From an uncultured Candidatus Peribacteria bacterium (GTDB lineage: Bacteria > Patescibacteriota > Gracilibacteria > UBA4473): a stretch of DNA of 43,803 nucleotides. A program made the position numbers and the translations under genes. Numbering within the stretch: position 1 is the stretch's first letter; every line of letters begins with the position of its first letter. Positions 1 through 8,157 of the stretch are shown in pieces. Where the stretch lies: assembly GCA_964451885.1 (NCBI GenBank), contig CAYVJW010000002.1:1-43803 (forward strand), written 5' to 3'. A model generated the notes under the pieces. The model saw only the letters and a list, made by a program, of their open reading frames with translations. It had not been told where the DNA came from and ran no database searches.

Positions 1-17
1 AGTCCGGTTCTTAGAAG

Positions 18-43
18 GCTGGAGCTCAGCAATGGGCTCTGGC
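18..43. repeat. GC-rich hairpin (8-bp stem including two G-T pairs, 10-nt loop) at the window edge
   Basis: gctggagc / tcagcaatgg / gctctggc. Same stem plus 10-nt-loop geometry, and a similar TC.G....GG loop, as the hairpins at 17447-17474 and 17551-17574. Confidence 0.3.
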
Positions 44-54
44 TATTCGGCCTC

Positions 55-97
55 AATTTCTAAATTTTCAAACATATCTTTTTGAAAATTAGAAATT
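55..97 (-). terminator. AT-rich 17-bp (one bulge) hairpin just downstream of the stop of ORF 103-387
   Basis: aatttctaaattttcaaa pairs with tttgaaaattagaaatt, loop catatctt. No clear U-run follows on the minus strand. Confidence 0.25.
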
Positions 98-102
98 ATT
101 TC

Positions 103-387
103 TTATCTCGGCCAATCATTCAGTACATCCATGACCAATTGCAAAGACAAACCAAGCTCCTCAGCAACTTTTGTCGCAAGACTTTCCGAAGATATTGTAT
201 TTTCCTGAAGTTGTTTTCGTCGAGCTTCTACAGCAGCTTGAATTGATTCTACTGTTTCAAGAATCAAATGCGGATATTTTTCTTGCAGGGACGGAGAAAT
301 GGAATAAGGAGGTTGTACATTTCCTTCCGGAACTGGCTGAGGATTTAAACCCTCTGGCCTTTTGCTGACATCAATAAAATCTATCAT
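103..387 (-). CDS. hypothetical small protein (94 aa)
   Basis: Only sizeable ORF in this interval. ATG start. No motif I recognise. Confidence 0.4.
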   Translation of the reverse strand: MIDFIDVSKRPEGLNPQPVPEGNVQPPYSISPSLQEKYPHLILETVESIQAAVEARRKQLQENTISSESLATKVAEELGLSLQLVMDVLNDWPR

Positions 388-442
388 TATTAAAAAATGA
401 TTAATAAATACGCAAGCGAATGTAGATAGCTTGTAAGTATTG

Positions 443-3400
443 TCAAACTTTTTTTGTAATTTTTAGAATTACCTCCTCCTTGTCAACTTCTATTTTATCC
501 CCTGAAACATGCTCGTCACGCTTTATTTCCAAAGCCAAAACCTCCTCTGAAATCATTTTTTCAAAATGCTCGAAAGCTGATTTTATAACTTCTGAATCTG
601 TAGAGTAGGCAACTTTAATCCGGTCAGAAACATCAAAGCCTTTTTCTTTTCGTGTTTCTTGAATTGTTCTGATGAGTTCGCGTGCGTAGCCTTCCATGCG
701 TAATTCTGCCGAAATTTCCGTATCGAGAAGCACGACTGTGTGTCGCGTCGCTTCGGCTTCAATACCTTCTCTACAACAAAAACCAAACTCGTATTCGTTA
801 GGGGCCAACGTTTCTCCGGAGATTTCAATTTGTCCGTTTTTAAGTTCCTGGAAATTCCCCCCCTTACCTTCGCGAATTAATTCCTGCACCTTCTTTCCCA
901 ATCGAGGTCCCACCTTTTTGGCATCTACTTTTACAGTCTTTTGGGCAATTCCTTTCAGATTTTTCAGGATTTCGACTTCTTTTACGTTCGCCTCTTCTTG
1001 GATAACTTCCATCTGAAGGCGAGACGGCGCCGTCTCGCCTTCAGGAGTTGATATGGCAAATCGTAGTTTTTGCAATGGCTGTCTCAATTTAATTTTCTTT
1101 CTCGCCCTTACTGCTGCCGCCAACCGTACAATTTCCCGCACAACAGCTACCTGTTGCTCAGCTTTTTCATCAATCCATTTTTCAACCGCAAAAGGAAACA
1201 CAGTTAAATGTACTGATTCGTCATTCGTAGACCCTGAGCTTGCCGAATGGGTCGAAAGATCTCGGAAGAGTTTTTCCGAAAAAAACGGACAAACGGGAGC
1301 CAGTATTTTTGACAGGGCAAGAAGAGCACAATGCAGAGTTTCATAAGCTGCATGTTTATCTTCCGAAAACTCACCTGGTTTTCCTTCCCAAAACCGCCTT
1401 CTCGATCGTCGCAAATACCAGTTATTCAAATTATCTACGAATTTTGGAATCCTCCGAAGGGCTGTCTCGATTTCGTACTCGTCAAAATGTTTTCGAAAAG
1501 TCTTTATCGTGGTTTGTAGCTCAGATAAAATCCATTTATCAAGGTCATTTTTTGGCTTTGGTGCCGCAAATACGACTTTATGGTCGCCGGTCTTCACTTT
1601 TGGGGAGCGAAGATAGTCTTCTGCTTTGGCTTCGTTCGGGTTTAATTCTAAAGCCTGAATCGGTCCTCCGTGAGAAATCGCCACAATGGTTTTTCCCCTA
1701 TGTTTTTCTTTCATATCAGTTAAAAAATCCTGCATCCGACCTTGCGTGCTTTCCAGACTTTCGGTAGTAAGGTTGGCCAGCCGCTCTGGCTTCGGAAGGA
1801 CCTCCTTTCCTTCCAAGTCGCCAAAGCCTATTTCCCTGATTCGCTCGTCAATTATTATTTCCCCTTTGAAATTCGTTTCTTTTTTGAGTATTGCAGACGT
1901 TTCTTTGGCTCGAATGAAAGGAGAAGTAATGAGTACGTCAAAATCAGGGAGGGTTTGGGCGGCTTCTTTTGCTTCTTCTTTCCCTTTTTTCGTCAAATGA
2001 TGGTCATTTGCCACTCTTCCAGAATAAATCCGAGCAACGTTATGATCGGCTTCTCCGTGGCGGACGAAAATAAACTTAGTCGGCTGCCACTGGTCAATGT
2101 TGGCATAAGTGGAAAAGAAATTATAGGCATTTTGGATGGGCAGTATTACGGACTTGAGAACGTCCTCAACTCCTTGTTCGGCAAAATTAAAGTTTTCCCC
2201 CTTCATTATTGAAGACCCCATCAAATAAAACCGCATCGCATCTGCTCCATATTTATCAAAAACCAAAGTCGGATCGGGATAATTTTTCTTGGATTTAGAC
2301 ATCTTCGTCCCGTCTTCAGCCATAATCGTTCCGGTACAGATGGCATTTTTAAAAGAAGGCTTGTTCATCAGCGCCGTGGACAAAACATGCAGCGTATAAA
2401 ACCAGCCTCGTGTCTGGGCAATGTATTCGGCGATAAAATCTCCAGGAAAAGTTGCTTCAAATCGTTCTTTGTTTTCAAAGGGGAAATGTTTCTGTGCGTA
2501 CGGCATGGCCCCGCTCTCAACCCAACAATCGAGGACCTCCGGAGTACGGATCATTATTCCTTTACATTTTTTACATGACCATGTCAATTCATCAACAAAA
2601 TGCTTATGCAAATCCTTCACTTTTTTTCCAGATAAATTTTCCAGTTCTGCAATCGATTCGACTACTTGCTGATGTTCGCATTTATCACATTTCCAGATTG
2701 GAATCGGAGATCCCCAAAAACGGTTTCTCGATATGTTCCAATCGGGAGCTGTTTCAATTCCCTTTCCAAAACGACCGTGTTTTAAGTGACGAGGAACCCA
2801 ATTAATTTCTTCATTATTTTTGATCATATCGTCTTTGATCTTGTGAACGGCCAAAAAGTAAGCCAATTGAGGCTTGTAAATTAATGGGGTGTCGCAGCGC
2901 CAACAGTGTGGATAGGAATGAGAATGTTGTTGCCGTTCAAAAAGATTTCCTTGTTCTTCCAAAAAGAGATTGATCTGTTTATTCGTATCCTGATGGATAA
3001 CCGACATTCCCACAAAATCTGCCACCACTTCCTCAAAAACTCCATGGTCATCAACTGTTTCCAGATCTATTATTGGCAGATTGTTTTCTTTGGCATAGTT
3101 AAAATCATCTTCCCCGAAAGGGGCCAGATGAACGATTCCTGTCCCGTCTACATCCGAAACAAAATCAGCTCCTACTACTCGAAAAAGGCCGTCTTTTCGC
3201 TTGTCTTCGAAGTAGGGGAAGAGTGGTTCATATTGAATGTCTACTAAATCTTTCCCCTTAATTTTTTCTATTATGTCTGCCTCTTCACCAAAAAATTTTT
3301 TCACTAAATTTTCCGTAACAATAAATTGAGCGTTTTTATGTTCTACTTTTACATAGTACAATTCCGGATTCACACAGAGCGCAAAATTAGAAGGCAGTGT

Positions 3401-4207
3401 CCATGGGGTTGTGGTCCAAGCAAGAATGTATGTATTTTCTTTATCTCTTATCTTAAATTTTACCGTTGCTGACTGGTCATGCCGAATCTTATACGAGTTA
3501 TCCATCGCGATCTCAAAAGTCGACAAAGGCGTGGCGCATCGTGAGCAATAAAGGGAAATACGCCGTCCCTCATAAATCAAATCTTTTTTATGTAATTCCG
3601 AAAACAGCCACATTACACTTTCCATATAATCCAAATCCATTGTCTTATAATCGTTTTCGAAATCCACCCATCGGCCGAGACGCTCAACCACCTTTTCCCA
3701 CTCCGCCACATACATATCGACCTTGCTTCGGCAGGCTTCGTTAAACTTTGCAATGCCGATTTTTTCTTCAATATCCTTCTTTGATTTCGTCTCAAACGCC
3801 TTTTCAACTATATTTTCAACAGGTAATCCGTGGCAATCCCATCCGAAACGCCGTTCAACCCGGTAGCCTTTCATGGTCCAATACCGGGGGACAACGTCTT
3901 TAATTGTCGAAGCCAGTAAATGCCCGTAGTGAGGGAGTCCCGTAGCAAACGGCGGCCCGTCGTAAAACACATACTCGTGTTTCGGATTCCGTGTTTCTAT
4001 AGAACGCTCAAAGATTTTTTCCTTTTTCCAGAATTTCAGAATTTCTTCTTCGTTTTGGGAGATGGATGCATTGGAATCGATGGGAGGAAAATGTTGCATG
4101 AAATAATTACTTGACTTAAGATGATTTACGAATAATTTGGACGAAAAGTGACCTGAAAGCCTTGAGCTTGAGCTTGAGCTTGAGCTTGAGTTGGCATTGT
4201 TGCTCAA
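443..4207 (-). CDS. ileS: isoleucyl-tRNA synthetase with an embedded histidine-phosphatase domain. The true start is probably the ATG at 4099.
   Basis: HIGH-type motif PHYGHLLAS, KMSKS, editing-domain WTTTPWTLPSN, and the DLDKWILSEL anticodon-domain helix. The N-terminal 36 codons, including poly-Ser from a hexamer repeat, have no IleRS counterpart. Confidence 0.95.
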   Translation of the reverse strand: MSNNANSSSSSSSSSRLSGHFSSKLFVNHLKSSNYFMQHFPPIDSNASISQNEEEILKFWKKEKIFERSIETRNPKHEYVFYDGPPFATGLPHYGHLLASTIKDVVPRYWTMKGYRVERRFGWDCHGLPVENIVEKAFETKSKKDIEEKIGIAKFNEACRSKVDMYVAEWEKVVERLGRWVDFENDYKTMDLDYMESVMWLFSELHKKDLIYEGRRISLYCSRCATPLSTFEIAMDNSYKIRHDQSATVKFKIRDKENTYILAWTTTPWTLPSNFALCVNPELYYVKVEHKNAQFIVTENLVKKFFGEEADIIEKIKGKDLVDIQYEPLFPYFEDKRKDGLFRVVGADFVSDVDGTGIVHLAPFGEDDFNYAKENNLPIIDLETVDDHGVFEEVVADFVGMSVIHQDTNKQINLFLEEQGNLFERQQHSHSYPHCWRCDTPLIYKPQLAYFLAVHKIKDDMIKNNEEINWVPRHLKHGRFGKGIETAPDWNISRNRFWGSPIPIWKCDKCEHQQVVESIAELENLSGKKVKDLHKHFVDELTWSCKKCKGIMIRTPEVLDCWVESGAMPYAQKHFPFENKERFEATFPGDFIAEYIAQTRGWFYTLHVLSTALMNKPSFKNAICTGTIMAEDGTKMSKSKKNYPDPTLVFDKYGADAMRFYLMGSSIMKGENFNFAEQGVEDVLKSVILPIQNAYNFFSTYANIDQWQPTKFIFVRHGEADHNVARIYSGRVANDHHLTKKGKEEAKEAAQTLPDFDVLITSPFIRAKETSAILKKETNFKGEIIIDERIREIGFGDLEGKEVLPKPERLANLTTESLESTQGRMQDFLTDMKEKHRGKTIVAISHGGPIQALELNPNEAKAEDYLRSPKVKTGDHKVVFAAPKPKNDLDKWILSELQTTIKTFRKHFDEYEIETALRRIPKFVDNLNNWYLRRSRRRFWEGKPGEFSEDKHAAYETLHCALLALSKILAPVCPFFSEKLFRDLSTHSASSGSTNDESVHLTVFPFAVEKWIDEKAEQQVAVVREIVRLAAAVRARKKIKLRQPLQKLRFAISTPEGETAPSRLQMEVIQEEANVKEVEILKNLKGIAQKTVKVDAKKVGPRLGKKVQELIREGKGGNFQELKNGQIEISGETLAPNEYEFGFCCREGIEAEATRHTVVLLDTEISAELRMEGYARELIRTIQETRKEKGFDVSDRIKVAYSTDSEVIKSAFEHFEKMISEEVLALEIKRDEHVSGDKIEVDKEEVILKITKKV
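1550..2077 (-). other. histidine phosphatase (PGAM/His_Phos_1-like) domain inserted in-frame within ileS
   Basis: FIFVRHGEADHN (RHG-x4-N; RHG codons at 2054-2062), ITSPFIRAKETS, ERIREIGFGDLEG, AISHGGPI (His codon at 1670-1672). Confidence 0.8.
4161..4190. repeat. perfect hexanucleotide tandem repeat (cttgag)x5
   Basis: Read directly. It encodes the Ser run if the ileS ORF starts at 4207. It lies in the leader if translation starts at 4099. Confidence 0.9.
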
Positions 4208-4301
4208 GACAGGTCATTTTTTGTTGTTTTCAGATTTTGAAAGCTTTTTTTGGCAGATAACTTAATAAGAGAAACGAATTTTCGATGCATCTTACTTAAT
4301 T

Positions 4302-5285
4302 TTAGCTCCCTAAATGATTAGCGCTCAATCCCAATTTCTCCCGCACTTCCATCAACTTTTCATTTGCAATTTCAGAAGCCTTGAGTGCCCCGTTCCACAG
4401 AACCTCCTCTACAAATCTCGAATCTTTTACAAGTTTTTCACGCCTTTCCCTTGCTTCCGAAAAACAACCCCACACTAGCTCAAAAAGCTGCTTTTTGGCA
4501 TCTCCGTATCCGATTTCGCCGTTTTTATATTGATTACTGAGTGTTTCAATATTCGGGTTATTAAAGAGCGAGTGTAATTGAAAAACCAAACAATTATTCG
4601 GATTCAAAGGCTCTCCAAGCTCTTTTGAATCTGTTTTTATAGACATGATTTTTTTCTTCATCACACTCTCTTTGGCAAAAATATCAATAGTATTTCCATA
4701 GCTTTTAGACATCTTTTGTCCGTCTAGACCAGGGATAGTCTGTACTTCTTCAGACATTCTTGGTTCGGGTACTACAAACGTTTCCCCAAATTCATGATTA
4801 AATTTCTGGGAAATGTCGCGCGCCATTTCCACATGCTGTTTCTGGTCTTTTCCCACAGGGATTACTTCCGCCCCGTAGAGCAGAATATCTGCGGCCATTA
4901 GAACCGGATAAGTAAAAAGTCCGGCATTAGCCTCCAGTCCTTTGGCTATTTTATCCTTATAAGAATGAGCTCTTTCCAAAAGTCCCATGGGAGTAAAGCA
5001 AAGCAGATACCACATGAGCTCTGTATGAGCCGGAACATCGGACTGTCGATAAAAAATAGATTTTTCCGGGTCGATACCCAACGCCAGCCAATCCAAAACG
5101 GCATTTCTCTGGTTTTCCGTGAACAATTTCGGATCACGTTTTGAGGTAAACGAATGAAGATCGGCAATAAAATAAAAACATTCGTTAGATCCTTCATTTT
5201 GAAGCGCTATTGAGGGCTTCATCATCCCAAAATAATTCCCGATATGGGGATTCCCGCTTGCCTGCATGCCGGTAAGGATTCTCAT
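4302..5285 (-). CDS. trpS: tryptophanyl-tRNA synthetase
   Basis: N-terminal GMQASGNPHIGNYFG (HIGH-like), KMSKS, and ~327 aa, typical of bacterial TrpRS. Confidence 0.95.
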   Translation of the reverse strand: MRILTGMQASGNPHIGNYFGMMKPSIALQNEGSNECFYFIADLHSFTSKRDPKLFTENQRNAVLDWLALGIDPEKSIFYRQSDVPAHTELMWYLLCFTPMGLLERAHSYKDKIAKGLEANAGLFTYPVLMAADILLYGAEVIPVGKDQKQHVEMARDISQKFNHEFGETFVVPEPRMSEEVQTIPGLDGQKMSKSYGNTIDIFAKESVMKKKIMSIKTDSKELGEPLNPNNCLVFQLHSLFNNPNIETLSNQYKNGEIGYGDAKKQLFELVWGCFSEARERREKLVKDSRFVEEVLWNGALKASEIANEKLMEVREKLGLSANHLGS

Positions 5286-5329
5286 GATTTAAGGAAGAAA
5301 TTAACAACAAGTAGTTAAGCATTTTTCTA

Positions 5330-5358
5330 TTGAAAATCAATAGAAAGTATGATAAAAT
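5330..5358 (+). promoter_or_regulatory. candidate sigma70-type promoter (ttgaaa-17-taaaat) overlapped by the perfect palindrome 5326-5344
   Basis: ttgaaa at 5330-5335, 17-nt spacer, taaaat at 5353-5358. tctattga-aaa-tcaataga spans the -35 element. Confidence 0.35.
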
Positions 5359-5366
5359 GACACGAT

Positions 5367-5717
5367 ATGGAAAAAATATTATTCGAAATCATTGAGTATG
5401 TTGCCCTAGGGATAGGTATTGTCGGGATCATTGTGATATTGATCGGGGCATTACATGGCCTTTGGGTCTATGTCACCAGGTCATCCCATTATTTTTCCCG
5501 GATCAGAATTATTCTGGGAAAACACCTGATTCTCGGCCTTGATTTTCTGGTGGGAAAAGATGTGATTGACACCCTGTTGCTCCATCCGGGAAAAGATTTT
5601 TATCAACATCTGTTGTCTTTAATCACGATAGTGGCAATTCGTATCATTTTGAGTTACGTGGTACTGAAAGAACTCGATGAACTGGAAAAGAGATGCACGA
5701 GAAAAGTGAAGCACTAA
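5367..5717 (+). CDS. small membrane protein, DUF1622-like
   Basis: Two or three hydrophobic helices. The pattern IGALHGLW...ILGKHLILGLDFLVGKDVI...IVAIRIILSY resembles DUF1622 from memory. Confidence 0.65.
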   Translation: MEKILFEIIEYVALGIGIVGIIVILIGALHGLWVYVTRSSHYFSRIRIILGKHLILGLDFLVGKDVIDTLLLHPGKDFYQHLLSLITIVAIRIILSYVVLKELDELEKRCTRKVKH

Positions 5718-5724
5718 ACAGATT

Positions 5725-7356
5725 TTATATTTCCGTCTTTGCCGCTTCCCGATACTTCCTCAATAACGACGTCATTTTTCTTTTTGGGGCTTTGGCTTTT
5801 TTTAAACGATCTTTTATTTCTTCATCAGAAAGTTTCACATTCAAAATCCGATTCGGAACATCAATCTCAATAATATCTCCCTCCTGAAGGGCGGCAATTG
5901 CTCCGCTACTGTAAGCTTCCGGTTGAACATGTCCGATACAAAGTCCTGCTGTTCCTCCGGAAAACCGTCCGTCAGTTATCAACGCTACTCGTTTGAACCC
6001 AGCCCCTTTTATGGCTGCAGTAGGAGTCAGCATTTCCGGCATTCCCGGTGCGCCTGCCGGGCCGAGATAACGAAGTACCACCACATCCTCTTCTTCAATT
6101 TTTCCCGCTTCTATAGCATTCAGCAGATTTTGCTCATCTTCAAATATTTTAGCCGGCCCTGTGTGTGTCAGCATTTCATTCGGAACGGCCGTTTGTTTTA
6201 TTATAGAAGAATTAGCTATATTGCCCTTCAAACAAGCCACTCCTCCCTCTTTATAAAAGGGATTATTAAGCGGCCGAATTACTTTATCGTCCAAGACTTT
6301 AGCTGACTCGGCAATTTCTTTAATAGTACTACTGTTTATAGTTATTTCATCATTCAAAACATCAGCAAATCCATGCATAACTGCTGGTATACCTCCGGCT
6401 TTATCTAAATCCTCCATGACATGAGGGCCTGCCGGACGTATATGGCAAACATTTGGCGTATTCCGGGAAATCCGGTCAAAATCATCTTCCGATGATTCAA
6501 TACCCAGTTCTTTTGCGATAGCGATTAAATGTAGGACAACATTGGTCGACCCCCCAATGGCATTATCAATGAGAATCGCGTTTTCAAAAGCCTTTGGGGT
6601 CATTATTCGAGAAGGGGTAAACTTATCTCCCGCTTTCACCAGCTCGACAATTCTTTTCCCGGATTCATAAGCCTGTTGCTTTTTATTCGGATCAACCGCT
6701 AATGTAGTAGCACATCCTGTTACGCTCATCCCCAAAACCTCTGTCATGCAGGCCATGGAATTCGCCGTAAAAAGCCCCGCACAAGACCCGGCAGTCGGGC
6801 AAGCCGCACACTCTACCTCAAGCCCTTCTTTTTCAGTAATATTGCCGGCCTTAATGCCTCCAACCGCTTCAAAACCCGTGATAAGATCGATCGTTTTTTC
6901 ATGTAAATGACCGGCTTTCATCGGACCTCCCGTAAGAATTATAGCCGGCAAATCAAGCCGCCCGGCAGCCATTAGCATTCCCGGCGTAATCTTATCACAA
7001 TTCGTCACCCCCACCCATCCGTCAAAAGAATGAGAAAGCATCATGATTTCCACATTATCGGCGATATGCTCTCGGCTCGGCAAGCTCAGCCGCATTTCCG
7101 CATACATCGCAATCCCGTCGCATACTCCCGGAACGCCCCAGACAAAAGGCACCCCTCCTGCTTCCCGGATACCGCGCATGACTTCTTTTGCCAGATCGTT
7201 AAGGTGAATGTGTCCGGGGACAACATTGTTGTAAGAATTGGCGACCCCGATAAACGGCTTTTTAAAATCAGCATCTTTTAGTCCAGAAGCTCTGAGAAGG
7301 GAACGATGGGGCAGTGTTTCTGTGCGGTTTTTAAGGATGGAAGATCTTAAAGGCAT
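5725..7356 (-). CDS. ilvD: dihydroxy-acid dehydratase (IlvD/Edd family). Start placed at the internal ATG at 7356.
   Basis: PHRSLLRASGL, FIGVANSYNNVVPGH, CDGIAM, TNCDKITPGMLMAA, TDGRFSGGT motifs. The upstream 37 codons of the track ORF have no homology. Confidence 0.9.
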   Translation of the reverse strand: MPLRSSILKNRTETLPHRSLLRASGLKDADFKKPFIGVANSYNNVVPGHIHLNDLAKEVMRGIREAGGVPFVWGVPGVCDGIAMYAEMRLSLPSREHIADNVEIMMLSHSFDGWVGVTNCDKITPGMLMAAGRLDLPAIILTGGPMKAGHLHEKTIDLITGFEAVGGIKAGNITEKEGLEVECAACPTAGSCAGLFTANSMACMTEVLGMSVTGCATTLAVDPNKKQQAYESGKRIVELVKAGDKFTPSRIMTPKAFENAILIDNAIGGSTNVVLHLIAIAKELGIESSEDDFDRISRNTPNVCHIRPAGPHVMEDLDKAGGIPAVMHGFADVLNDEITINSSTIKEIAESAKVLDDKVIRPLNNPFYKEGGVACLKGNIANSSIIKQTAVPNEMLTHTGPAKIFEDEQNLLNAIEAGKIEEEDVVVLRYLGPAGAPGMPEMLTPTAAIKGAGFKRVALITDGRFSGGTAGLCIGHVQPEAYSSGAIAALQEGDIIEIDVPNRILNVKLSDEEIKDRLKKAKAPKRKMTSLLRKYREAAKTEI

Positions 7357-7410
7357 TTTTAAATAATTAGCATGATTTATAGTGTAAAAATGCTCCCCTG
7401 TAAAATCAAC

Positions 7411-7438
7411 TTGACAGGGAATAAAAAATGTGTATAAA
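7411..7438 (+). promoter_or_regulatory. candidate promoter ttgaca-16-tataaa upstream of ORF 7474
   Basis: ttgaca at 7411-7416, tataaa at 7433-7438. Confidence 0.35.
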
Positions 7439-7473
7439 TGATAACGAGAATATAATTTAATAATCAAGAAGAA

Positions 7474-8085
7474 ATGTTACAACTCGAAGAAAATACAACT
7501 CAAGCAGAAGGCCTTACCGCATTTATTGCCAAAAAAAAGACAACAGGAGTTGGTCTTCCGGATTCTGGAGGATTTGAAGTGATCAGCTTTAACGATTCAG
7601 AAGATCCGGAGCAGGAGGCTGAGGAGTTAGGACAACTTTCCGGACTTGTAGCGGCTATTGCGGCGGCAAAAGAAAGAAATACATGGATATTAACGATCGA
7701 AGAGCAAGAGAGGTTGGAATACCTTGAAGAAATGCTTGAAAAAAGAGAATTGGAGGCTTTGGGAATTTTAAAAAATTTAATAGCCTTACGAGATGAAACC
7801 TCTAATAATCTTTCTTCGGCAAGAAGCGCTGAAATAAGAAATGAATCTACTAGTCTCATACAGAAAATAGAAGTTATGACAACCGTAGCAGAAATAGAAG
7901 CCAATGCGATTCAAGCGGTTATACAAGCTATAAAGGAAAGAGAAAAAGCAAAAGCCCGGGTTGCAGAACAAACTTTCGTCCAGGTTCAAGAATTGATCCA
8001 AAGAATTTCCTCAAGCTTAATAAATGACGAGCGAGAAGTGAGAGAAGAAGTAGATGGACTTGCGTTAGAATTGGCGGCGGCGTAG
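7474..8085 (+). CDS. acidic coiled-coil hypothetical protein (203 aa)
   Basis: Long ORF with an ATG start. Glu/Ala/Leu/Ile-rich heptad-like composition. No catalytic motif. Confidence 0.55.
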   Translation: MLQLEENTTQAEGLTAFIAKKKTTGVGLPDSGGFEVISFNDSEDPEQEAEELGQLSGLVAAIAAAKERNTWILTIEEQERLEYLEEMLEKRELEALGILKNLIALRDETSNNLSSARSAEIRNESTSLIQKIEVMTTVAEIEANAIQAVIQAIKEREKAKARVAEQTFVQVQELIQRISSSLINDEREVREEVDGLALELAAA

Positions 8086-8157
8086 AAAATAATTGATAAT
8101 TGTTAATTGTCATTGTACCCTGAGCTTGCCGAATGGGATAATTGATAATTGATTCTG
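8086..8157 (+). repeat. 72-nt leader module: heptamer words (ataattg x2, ttaattg, tcattgt), a G+C-rich core at 8117-8137, then ataattg x2. It is homologous to 29196-29267.
   Basis: Aligned by eye with the ruvB leader. Shared blocks are ATTGATAATTG, AATTG, ACC, TGAGCTT, CGAA.GG and ATAATTGATT.TGATG. Confidence 0.7.

Noticed and set aside
1550-2077. Intein or mobile intron as an explanation for the ileS insert
   Set aside because: There are no Cys/Ser/Thr-plus-HN splice-junction residues and no endonuclease (LAGLIDADG/HNH) motifs. The segment carries histidine-phosphatase motifs instead.
8086-8157. SAM riboswitch upstream of metK
   Set aside because: The leader is only 72 nt. It shows no S-box or SAM-II-like pairing that I could draw. 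The same module precedes ruvB, which is unrelated to SAM metabolism.
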